A DNA stretch of 64,000 nt from an uncultured Kiritimatiellota bacterium (GTDB lineage: Bacteria > Verrucomicrobiota > Kiritimatiellia > RFP12 > DVOR01), in the NCBI GenBank assembly GCA_944389565.1, contig CALXMV010000004.1, forward strand, positions 11,859 through 75,858, read 5' to 3'. The notes beneath the pieces were generated by a model, which was given only the letters and a program-made list of their open reading frames with translations, was not told the DNA's origin and searched no databases. Positions 28,805-37,027 of the stretch are shown in pieces (position 1 is the stretch's first letter; the number at the start of each line of letters is the position of its first letter). The translations under genes were made by a program, and so were the position numbers.

Positions 28805-30340
28805 TCAGCGGGCGCGGAGGCGGCGGAGCGCGGCGAGGAGGCGTTTCCGGAGCGGGGGGAGGCCGCCGATGAGGAGGGCGCAGGTGCCGCCGGCGAAGAG
28901 GGTGTCGGCGTATTTGGCGTTGAGGTGGGCGAGGGCGGCGCGGAAGTGGTCGGTGTCGGGATTGCCTTTGGACCAGTGGTGGGCGGGGAGGGGGAGGATG
29001 CCGATGCGGTGGCCGGTGCGGCGGATGAATTGGAAGCAGAAGTCCTCGGCGTAGAGGTCCCAGGCGCAGGCGGGGTCGAAGCGCAGGCCGGTGGCGCGGA
29101 GGCAGTCGGCATGGATGAAGATGGCGCAGCAGTCGCAATTTTCGGCGTAGGCGCCGAGGAGGGGGGTGTAGGGGAAGGGCGGGTGGTGGTGGTGGGGCCG
29201 GGAACCGTCGCGGGCGGAGTCGTCGATCTCGCCGAAGGGGAGCGGGAGGGAACCGCCGACGAGGCGGGTGCCGATGAGGCCGAGGGGGAAGAGCGGGTTG
29301 CGCCGGGCGAGGAGGGGGCGCGGGTCGGCGAGGGGCTCGAGGTCCTCGTGGGCGAAGAGGATCCACCCGGCATCGGGCGGGAGGGCGTCGATGAAGGCGT
29401 TGTAGCGTCGGGGGATGGGGATGTTGTCGCGGGTGTTGTCGAAGACGACGAAGCGGGCGCCGCGCAGGTGGGGGTTGTCGCGCAGGCAACGGGCGTGGCA
29501 GGCATGGTCGCGGACGGCCGAGACGACGGTAAGCGGGGCTTGCGGGGCGAAGAGCGCGGCGTAGGTGGAGGGGCGGTGGAAGCCCATGGGGTTGGCGTCG
29601 GGCGCGGGCGGGAGGGCGCCGTCGAGGCAGTCCTCGGAGAAACCGCGGGCGACGGCCGCAGGCGGGAAGCGCAGGAAGGGGAATCGCCGCAGGCGCGAGA
29701 GGAAGCGGTCCTCGGGGGGGACATGGCGGCGAAGGGGGGCGGGGAGGAGGCGCCAAAGCACGGAGGCCACGCGCAAGAGACGGCGCGAGCGCAACGAGAA
29801 GCCGCCATTGAGGACGGTGAGGGAGAGGGCGTCGGCCAAGCGCGCGCGCCACCCGGGGGAGACGTTCGGGGCGCCGACGTAGTCATAGCGCAGGAAGGGG
29901 GCGATCGCGTCGCGCACGGGCCAGCCGTCCTCCTGGATGACGAGCAGGCGCGGCGTGCGGAAGCGCGTGTGGAGGCGCGTGAGGCAGTCGCGGCTCATGG
30001 AGGCGACGTCGCCGGGGCGGAGCGTGGGCTCGACCTGGATGTCGAGGGGGAGCGCGGCGAGCGCGGGGGGGATGGCCTCGCGGCGATGGGTGACGAGAAT
30101 GGTGGGGAGGTGCCCGAGGACGTGCCAGGTCTGGCGGATGGCGAACTCGAAGGCGTCCAGGGAGGCGCCCTCGGGGGGGTAACAGTAGATCAGGCAGGTG
30201 AGGCCCTGGTGGCGGCGGGGCGGGATGGGCGCGGCGCGCAGGCGCGGCAGGTCGGCGGCGACGCGGCGTTCCAGCGCGGCGCGGAGGAAGGCCCGCGGCA
30301 GGGGGCGGGGGGATGGGAGATTGCGGGAGAAGAGGGACAT
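28805..30340 (-). CDS. hypothetical two-domain protein, glycosyltransferase-like (GT-A-type C-terminal half)
   Basis: 511 aa. The start was chosen at MSLFSRN. The C-terminal half carries ...FVVFDNTRDN... and ...ILFAHEDLE. Confidence 0.45.
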   Translation of the reverse strand: MSLFSRNLPSPRPLPRAFLRAALERRVAADLPRLRAAPIPPRRHQGLTCLIYCYPPEGASLDAFEFAIRQTWHVLGHLPTILVTHRREAIPPALAALPLDIQVEPTLRPGDVASMSRDCLTRLHTRFRTPRLLVIQEDGWPVRDAIAPFLRYDYVGAPNVSPGWRARLADALSLTVLNGGFSLRSRRLLRVASVLWRLLPAPLRRHVPPEDRFLSRLRRFPFLRFPPAAVARGFSEDCLDGALPPAPDANPMGFHRPSTYAALFAPQAPLTVVSAVRDHACHARCLRDNPHLRGARFVVFDNTRDNIPIPRRYNAFIDALPPDAGWILFAHEDLEPLADPRPLLARRNPLFPLGLIGTRLVGGSLPLPFGEIDDSARDGSRPHHHHPPFPYTPLLGAYAENCDCCAIFIHADCLRATGLRFDPACAWDLYAEDFCFQFIRRTGHRIGILPLPAHHWSKGNPDTDHFRAALAHLNAKYADTLFAGGTCALLIGGLPPLRKRLLAALRRLRAR

Positions 30341-30350
30341 GGCGGGTGGG

Positions 30351-31223
30351 TCAGGGGAGCGCCCCCTCGGCGTAGCGGTCATGGCCGGCGAGGTCGCGGG
30401 CGACGGCGACGGCGGTGTAGCCCGCGCGGTCGAGGAGCCGGCGGACGGCGAGGCCCTGATCCTCGCCGATCTCCAGGAAGAGGCATCCCCCCGGGCGCAA
30501 CGCCAAGGTGGCGTCGAGAATCAGCTGACGGATGACGTCCAGCCCGTCGGGGCCGCCATCGAGGGCGAGGCGGGGCTCATGGTCGCGGATGTGCGCCGGG
30601 AGCGCGTCGACCTGCGCGGAGGGAATGTAGGGCGGGTTGGAGACGATGAGGTCGCAGGAGGCGGGCGGGAGGGAGGAGAGGCCGTCCGCCTGCAGGAAGG
30701 TGACCCCCAGGCGCAGGTCGGCGGCGTTTTGGCGGGCGAGGGCGAGGGCCGCCGGCGAGAGATCGATGGCCAGGAAGGTCTTGCCCAGGCCCTGGCGCGC
30801 GGCGGCGTGCGCGAGCGCCAGGGCGATGGCCCCCGTGCCGGTTCCGACATCCGTGACGACCCGCGCGTCGCGCCAACGCGGATGGGCCAGCACCCGTTCG
30901 ACGAGCCCCTCGGTCTCGGGTCGCGGGATCAGCGCGGCGGGGGTGACACGGAGCGTGACGTCGTGGAACGGCCAACGGCCGAGGATGTATTGGAGCGGCT
31001 CGCCGCGCGCGCGGCGCAGGAGCATGGCGCGGAGCGCGGCGACCGCCTCGGGCGATGGGCGTTCCGCGCGGTGGAGCGTGAGCGTGAGCGGCGGGAGGCG
31101 GAGCACCTCCCCGGCGAGGAGCTCGGTCTGCGCGCGGGCCTCGTCGGGGGGGACGCCGTGGCGGAGGAGGAACGCGGCGCCGCGGTCAAGGAGTTCGGCG
31201 AGCGGGGGTGTCGGAGTCGTCAA
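30351..31223 (-). CDS. prmC: release factor glutamine N5-methyltransferase
   Basis: VTDVGTGTGAIALALA and IVSNPPYIP (NPPY) motifs. Confidence 0.8.
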   Translation of the reverse strand: MTTPTPPLAELLDRGAAFLLRHGVPPDEARAQTELLAGEVLRLPPLTLTLHRAERPSPEAVAALRAMLLRRARGEPLQYILGRWPFHDVTLRVTPAALIPRPETEGLVERVLAHPRWRDARVVTDVGTGTGAIALALAHAAARQGLGKTFLAIDLSPAALALARQNAADLRLGVTFLQADGLSSLPPASCDLIVSNPPYIPSAQVDALPAHIRDHEPRLALDGGPDGLDVIRQLILDATLALRPGGCLFLEIGEDQGLAVRRLLDRAGYTAVAVARDLAGHDRYAEGALP

Positions 31224-31231
31224 GGGCGCGG

Positions 31232-31591
31232 TCAGAAGGGCATATCCTCGTCGGCGAGGTCATCGGGCTGGAAGGTGTCGGCCGGCTGGGGGATCGGCTC
31301 GGAGGAGGAGCCGTCGGGGTCGAGTCGCTCGATTTTGTAGGCTTGGAGGTCGGTGTAGTAGCGCCCCTTGTAGAGGTTGCCACGCAGGGAGAAGGTGACG
31401 CGGACGCGGTCGCCCTTCTGGAAGGAGTCGAGCAGGGCGCAATTGTTCTGGACGACGGCGAACTTGATGTCCTGGGGGTAGCGGGCGTCGTCCTCGGTGA
31501 CGACGAATTCGCGTTTGGCGAAGCCGCTCGGGAAGGTCATGGTGTCCATGACCTCCTTGAGGGTGCCTTCGAGTTCGAAAGATTTGCTCAT
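31232..31591 (-). CDS. DUF3127 domain protein
   Basis: MSKSFELEGTLKEVMDTMTFPSGFAKREFVVTEDDARYPQDIKF... resembles the DUF3127 family as I remember it. Confidence 0.55.
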   Translation of the reverse strand: MSKSFELEGTLKEVMDTMTFPSGFAKREFVVTEDDARYPQDIKFAVVQNNCALLDSFQKGDRVRVTFSLRGNLYKGRYYTDLQAYKIERLDPDGSSSEPIPQPADTFQPDDLADEDMPF

Positions 31592-31600
31592 GGGGTGCCT

Positions 31601-32389
31601 TTATTCGTGCCAGTCCTGGAGGATCCACGGGCAGGGGCGGACGGAATTGTGGAAGCGCTTGGCGCGGAAGCCGCGCGCGGCGACGTCGGGATCCGGGTTG
31701 CCATGGAAGACGAGGACCTTGGTGTCCGGCTTTTTGGGGGTGACGAAGAGGTTGAGGGGGAAGGGGGGGACGCAGGTGCGCTTGAAGGATTTGACCCACG
31801 GGTCGGGCCACCAGCGGGGCAGCTCACCGGCGGCGAGGGTCATGGCGTGGGTCATGTAGGCCTGCTCGGTGGTGTAAAGGCGGCGGTCGATGGCCTGGGG
31901 CAACTCACGGAGGAAGGCCTCGTAGACGGCGGCGGCCTGGGGGGATCCGGCGTCGAAGCGGAAGAGCGAGGAGTTCCCGATGTCCGGCGGGCGGCGGAAG
32001 AGGTACTTGCGGCGCTCGACCCAATTGTGGATGATGCAGAACTTGCCGGGCTCGTAGTCGAAGAAGCAATCGAGGTCGCCCTGGATGGAGACGTCGACGT
32101 CGAAGAAGAGGGTCGGCCCCCGCAGGTCGGCGAGGCCGGGCTTGTAGAGGCAGAGCTTGACGAAGATGTTCGGCCACGCCCAAGGGCCGAAGGGCTCGGG
32201 GTCGGGGCATTCGGGCAGGGGGAAGGGCTCGATGCCGGGGGCGAGCCCGGCGGGGTCGTCGGTGAGGCAGACGAACCGGAAGGGGCGGCGCAGATGCCTC
32301 CGCACCGAGGCGTGGAGGATGTTCGTGAAGGCCGCGGGATAGCGCTTCCCCCACTTGAGGCACAGGATGTTGACCGGTCGCTCGTCCAT
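31601..32389 (-). CDS. hypothetical protein, GT-A glycosyltransferase-like
   Basis: 262 aa with ILCLKWGKRY and a DxD motif (FFDVDV). Confidence 0.45.
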   Translation of the reverse strand: MDERPVNILCLKWGKRYPAAFTNILHASVRRHLRRPFRFVCLTDDPAGLAPGIEPFPLPECPDPEPFGPWAWPNIFVKLCLYKPGLADLRGPTLFFDVDVSIQGDLDCFFDYEPGKFCIIHNWVERRKYLFRRPPDIGNSSLFRFDAGSPQAAAVYEAFLRELPQAIDRRLYTTEQAYMTHAMTLAAGELPRWWPDPWVKSFKRTCVPPFPLNLFVTPKKPDTKVLVFHGNPDPDVAARGFRAKRFHNSVRPCPWILQDWHE

Positions 32390-32404
32390 CGTGACCCCCT
32401 TCCC

Positions 32405-34087
32405 TTAGGTGTAGCGGAGAACCTCGTCGACGGTGGTGTAGCCGTCGAGCACGTTGCGGATGGCGTCTTCGCGCATGGTGCGCATCCCCAGCTCGCGGGC
32501 CTTCTCGCGGATGACGAGGGTGGGCTCGCGGGCGTTGATGAGGTCGCGCACCGGGTTGGACATGCGCAGGTACTCGAAGACGCCCTTTCGGCCTTTGTAG
32601 CCGGTGGCGTTGCAGATCTTGCAGCCCTTACCGTAGGCGAACTGGCGGTTGCCGATGTCGGCACGGGTGAGGCCGAGGCGGCGGATGGCGTCGTCGTCCG
32701 GGTCGTAGAAGGTCTTGCAGTTGGCGCAGCAGGTGCGGACGAGGCGCTGGGCCAGGACGGCTTGGAGCGTCGAGGAGATGAGGTAGGGCGCCACGTTCAT
32801 GTCCACCAGGCGCGTGACGGCGCCGGCGGCATCGTTGGTGTGGAGGGTGGAGAAGACGAAGTGACCGGTGAGGGCGGCCTGGACGGCGATCTCGGCGGTC
32901 TCCAGGTCGCGGATTTCGCCGACCATGATGACGTCGGGGTCCTGGCGGAGGAAGGCGCGGAGCACCTTGGCGAAGGTGTTGCCCTGCTGCGGGTTGATGG
33001 GCACCTGGACGAGGCCCTCGATGTCGTATTCCACGGGCTCCTCGGCGGTGAGGATCTTGGTGTCGACCTTGTTGATGGCGCGGAGGCAGGAATAGAGGGT
33101 GGTGGTCTTGCCGGATCCGGTCGGGCCCGTGACGATGAAGATGCCGTTGGGCTTCTCGATGTCGAGGGTGATGCCGTCGTAGATGTCCTCGGGCAGGCCG
33201 ATGTTCTCCAGATCCAGGGAGACGGCCGAGCGGTCGAGGACGCGGAGCACGACCGACTCGCCATGGACGGTGGGCAGGCAGGAGACGCGGAGGTCCACCT
33301 GGCGCCCGGCCACGGTGAGGGCGATGCGGCCGTCCTGCGGCACGCGGCGCTCGGCGATGTTGAGGTTGGAGAGCACCTTGATGCGCGAGATGATGGGCAG
33401 GGCCATGCTCAGCGGCGGCGGGTTCATCTCGTAGAGCGCGCCGTCCACGCGGTAGCGGATCTTGAAGTCCTTCTCGAAGGGCTCGATGTGGATGTCGGAG
33501 GCGCGGTCGGTGATGGCCTGGTAGAGGACGAGGTTGACGAAGCGGATGACGGGCGCGGAGGCGGCGGCGCTCTCGATGCCCTTCTCGTCGACGTTCTCGC
33601 CCAGCTCGGGGAGCTCCTCGATGAGCGCGTCGGTGGCGTCGCCGGCGGGGAAATACTCGTCGATGGCGGCCTTGATCTGCGCCTCGGAGGCGAAGACGAA
33701 GCGGATCTCGCGGGCGAGGAGGAAGGTCAGCTCGTCGATCACGTCGGTCTCGACGAGGTCGGCGGTGGCGAAGGTGACGCTCTCGCGGGTGGCCTCCACG
33801 GGGACGATCGAATGCATCCGCACGCTGGCCACGGGGACGAGCGTCTTGAGGGTGTCGTCGAAGGTGACGGACGTGAGGTCGACGACGTCCGTGCCCTGGC
33901 TGCCGGCCATGAGGGAGAGGAGGTCCTCCTCGGAGAGGACGTTGAGGTCGAGGATCAGCGTCTTGTACGGCTTGCCCTCCTCGATGTGCTGGCGGACAAT
34001 CGCCTGCGCCTGCGCCTCGTCGATGAACCCGTTGTCGAGGACGAGCTGGACGAGGTCGGGGAGTTGGATGGCGGCGGGGTCTGGCAT
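32405..34087 (-). CDS. type IV pilus assembly ATPase PilB/GspE family (paralog 2, 560 aa)
   Basis: N-terminal GSPII-like domain, Walker A GPTGSGKTTTLYSCL, CxxC...CxxC zinc motif. Confidence 0.85.
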   Translation of the reverse strand: MPDPAAIQLPDLVQLVLDNGFIDEAQAQAIVRQHIEEGKPYKTLILDLNVLSEEDLLSLMAGSQGTDVVDLTSVTFDDTLKTLVPVASVRMHSIVPVEATRESVTFATADLVETDVIDELTFLLAREIRFVFASEAQIKAAIDEYFPAGDATDALIEELPELGENVDEKGIESAAASAPVIRFVNLVLYQAITDRASDIHIEPFEKDFKIRYRVDGALYEMNPPPLSMALPIISRIKVLSNLNIAERRVPQDGRIALTVAGRQVDLRVSCLPTVHGESVVLRVLDRSAVSLDLENIGLPEDIYDGITLDIEKPNGIFIVTGPTGSGKTTTLYSCLRAINKVDTKILTAEEPVEYDIEGLVQVPINPQQGNTFAKVLRAFLRQDPDVIMVGEIRDLETAEIAVQAALTGHFVFSTLHTNDAAGAVTRLVDMNVAPYLISSTLQAVLAQRLVRTCCANCKTFYDPDDDAIRRLGLTRADIGNRQFAYGKGCKICNATGYKGRKGVFEYLRMSNPVRDLINAREPTLVIREKARELGMRTMREDAIRNVLDGYTTVDEVLRYT

Positions 34088-34090
34088 CGC

Positions 34091-35209
34091 TTATTCCCCC
34101 TGCATTTCGCGGAGTTTCTGGACGGTGGTCTCGGGGTCCTGCGCCTTGGTGACGAGATCCTCGTAGGAGATCTTGCCGGCCATGTAGAGGTTGAGGAGGG
34201 AGGTGTCGAGCGAGACCATGCCGAACTTGGCGCCGGTCTGAATGTCGGAATTGATCTGGAAGGTCTTGTTGTCGCGGATGCGCGAGCGGATGGAGGGCGT
34301 GCTCATCATGATCTCGAAGGCGGCGACGCGCCCCTTGCCGCCCTTGTCGGCGCGGGGGAGCAGCACCTGCGAGATGACGGCGACGAGCGACATGGAGAGC
34401 TGCGTGCGCACCTGCTCCTGCTGGTTCGTGGGGAAGGAGTCGATGATGCGGTCGACCGTCGAGGCAGCGCCGGTGGTGTGCAGCGTGCCGAAGACGAGGT
34501 GGCCCGTCTCGGCCGCGGTGATCGCCGCGCCGATCGTCTCCAGATCGCGCATCTCGCCCACGAGGATCACGTCCGGGTCCTGGCGGAGCGCGCGGCGGAT
34601 GGCCTCGGCGAAGCTCGGCACGTCCGCGCCCACCTCGCGCTGGGTGACGATCGACTTCTTGGAGTAGTGGTAGAACTCGATCGGGTCCTCGATGGTGATG
34701 ATGTGGCAGTCGCGGTCCTGGTTGATGATGTTCAGCATTGAGGCCAGGGTGGTCGACTTGCCCGAGCCGGTCGGGCCCGTCACCAGGATGAGGCCGCGCG
34801 GCTTGTAGAGCAGCTCATGGACGGCCTCGGGCAGGCCCAGCTGCTCGAGGGTGAGGATCGTGGAGGGAATCTGGCGGAGCACCAGGCCGTAATTGTGGCG
34901 CTCCTTGAAGACGGAGACGCGGAAGCGCGCCGCCTCGGAGAAGTAGAGGCCGAAGTCCGCGCCGCCGTTCTTCTCCACCTCGGCAATCTGCTCCTCGTCG
35001 GCGATCTCCAGCGCCAGCTTCGCCACGTCCGCCTCGGTGAAGGGCGGCACGTCGAGCGGTTCGAGCGCGCCGGAGCAGCGCAGGTAGGGCGGCCCCCCCA
35101 CGCGGATGTGCAGGTCGGAGGCGCCCTCGTCGACCGTCGCCTGCATGAGGTCGGCCATGGTGATCTCGGTGACGGCCTCTTGGGCCAGTTCGTGAATGTC
35201 GCGATCCAT
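34091..35209 (-). CDS. pilT: twitching motility ATPase PilT
   Basis: 372 aa with GPTGSGKSTTLASM and the PilT-type motif AIRRALRQDPDVILVGEMRDLETI. Confidence 0.85.
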   Translation of the reverse strand: MDRDIHELAQEAVTEITMADLMQATVDEGASDLHIRVGGPPYLRCSGALEPLDVPPFTEADVAKLALEIADEEQIAEVEKNGGADFGLYFSEAARFRVSVFKERHNYGLVLRQIPSTILTLEQLGLPEAVHELLYKPRGLILVTGPTGSGKSTTLASMLNIINQDRDCHIITIEDPIEFYHYSKKSIVTQREVGADVPSFAEAIRRALRQDPDVILVGEMRDLETIGAAITAAETGHLVFGTLHTTGAASTVDRIIDSFPTNQQEQVRTQLSMSLVAVISQVLLPRADKGGKGRVAAFEIMMSTPSIRSRIRDNKTFQINSDIQTGAKFGMVSLDTSLLNLYMAGKISYEDLVTKAQDPETTVQKLREMQGE

Positions 35210-35232
35210 CGTGGGAATCCTCGGTGTGGGGT

Positions 35233-36921
35233 TCAGTTCTCGTCGCCCATCGTGGCGCGGAGCACCTCCTCGAGCGTGGTCATGCCCGAGGCGACCTTGA
35301 GCATGCCGTCCTCGCGGAGCGTGCGCATGCCCATCTCGCGGACGCGCGCGCGGAGGGTGGTGGTGGGGACCTTGTCGAAAATCATGCGCTGGACCGTGTC
35401 GTCCACGGTGAAGATCTCGAAGATGCCCTTTCGGCCCTTGTAGCCGGTGTTGTTGCACACGGGGCATCCTTTGCCCTTGAACATCCGCATCTTGTCGGCG
35501 TCCTTGGCCATCGTGCCGAGCATCCGGCGCTCGCGGTCGGTGGGGATGTGCTCTTCGCGGCACTTCTCGCAGATGGCGCGCACGAGGCGCTGGGCCATCG
35601 CCGCGCGCAGGGCGGAGGCCACCAGGTAGGGCTTGATCCCCATGTCCGTCAGACGCGTCACCGCCGAGGGGGCGTCGTTCGTGTGCAGGGTGGAGAAGAC
35701 GAGGTGGCCGGTGAGCGCCGCCTCCATCGCGATCTCGGCCGTCTCGTGGTCGCGGATCTCACCGATCATCACGATGTTCGGCGCCTGGCGCAGGATCGAG
35801 CGCAGGGCCGCCGAGAAGTCCAGGCCGACCGCGCGGTTCACCTGCACCTGGTTGATGCCGCTCATCTGGTATTCCACCGGGTCCTCGACGGTGATGAGCT
35901 TCTTGTCCGGCCGGTTGATCTGCCCCAGGCAGGCGTAGAGCGTCGTCGTCTTGCCGGAACCCGTCGGGCCGGTGACGAGGATGACGCCGTCGGGCAGACC
36001 GATGAGCCGCTCGAACTTCGCCTGGTCGTCGGAGAGGAAGCCCAGCTGCGGCAGACCGAGGGCGAGGTTCTGCTTGTCCAGGATACGCATCACGATCGAC
36101 TCGCCGAAGTTCGTCGGCACCGTGCTCACGCGCAGGTCCAGGTCGCGCTCGGCCATCTTCACCTGGATGCGGCCGTCCTGCGGGATGCGCCGCTCCGAGA
36201 GGTCCATGTTCGCCATCAGCTTCACGCGCGAGATGATCGCCCCCTGCAAGCGCTTCGGCGGCGGGTCCATCTCCCGCAGCGCGCCGTCGATGCGGAAACG
36301 CACCCGGAAACGCTTCTCCATCGGCTCCAGATGGATGTCGGAGGCCTTCATCTTGCACGCGTCCATCAGGATCAGGCTCACCAGGCGGATGACCGGCGCG
36401 TCCCCCTCGCCGCTCTCGTCCACCTCCATCTCCTTGCGCTGGGCCACCAGGCCGTCGCCCGTGTCCGTCGCGTTCGGGTCGAAGGTCAGCGGATAGAGCT
36501 TGTCCATCAACCGCTTCACGTCCCCCGACGTCACCACCACGAAGTCCGCGTTCTTCCCGTTCAGCCGATAGCGGATCGCGTCCTGCGCGTCATAGTTCGC
36601 CGGGTCGCAGATCGCCACCATCACCGCGTCGCCGTCGTCCTGCAGCGGCACCGCGTTGTACTTCCGCGCCGTCTCCGCGTCCAGCAACGCCGCCGCGCCC
36701 GCGTCCACGTCGTCCCCCTCGATCGAGGCGAACGGCATCCCGAACTGCTCGGCCAGCGTCCCCAGCACATCCTCTTCCGTGACCGTCCCCGCCTCCACCA
36801 GCCAATCCAACGGCGTCTGCCCCTCGCGGCGCTTCGCCGCCAAGGCCTCCGCCACCTGGTCGGCCGTCAGACGGCCCGTCTCCTGCAGGATCTGCAAGGC
36901 ATACTCGTCATTTGTCGTCAC
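35233..36921 (-). CDS. type IV pilus assembly ATPase PilB/GspE family (paralog 3, 562 aa)
   Basis: GSPII N-domain, Walker A GPTGSGKTTTLYACL, CEKC...CPVC zinc motif. Confidence 0.85.
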   Translation of the reverse strand: MTTNDEYALQILQETGRLTADQVAEALAAKRREGQTPLDWLVEAGTVTEEDVLGTLAEQFGMPFASIEGDDVDAGAAALLDAETARKYNAVPLQDDGDAVMVAICDPANYDAQDAIRYRLNGKNADFVVVTSGDVKRLMDKLYPLTFDPNATDTGDGLVAQRKEMEVDESGEGDAPVIRLVSLILMDACKMKASDIHLEPMEKRFRVRFRIDGALREMDPPPKRLQGAIISRVKLMANMDLSERRIPQDGRIQVKMAERDLDLRVSTVPTNFGESIVMRILDKQNLALGLPQLGFLSDDQAKFERLIGLPDGVILVTGPTGSGKTTTLYACLGQINRPDKKLITVEDPVEYQMSGINQVQVNRAVGLDFSAALRSILRQAPNIVMIGEIRDHETAEIAMEAALTGHLVFSTLHTNDAPSAVTRLTDMGIKPYLVASALRAAMAQRLVRAICEKCREEHIPTDRERRMLGTMAKDADKMRMFKGKGCPVCNNTGYKGRKGIFEIFTVDDTVQRMIFDKVPTTTLRARVREMGMRTLREDGMLKVASGMTTLEEVLRATMGDEN

Positions 36922-37027
36922 GCTGTCATCTCCGCATGGAAAGGGACTTTCTCATCATCAATGCCTCATAAGATAGCACACCCCCGCCGAAAAGACAAGA
37001 ACCCTCCCCCCACCCCGGTCGCGCCCC

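Noticed and set aside
27068-30535. 1155-aa plus-strand ORF
   Set aside because: Antisense to folD, ispH and the GT-like gene. Low complexity.
31208-34741. 1177-aa plus-strand ORF
   Set aside because: Antisense to DUF3127, the GT-A-like gene, pilB2 and pilT. Gly/Asp/Glu/Ala-rich, no motifs.
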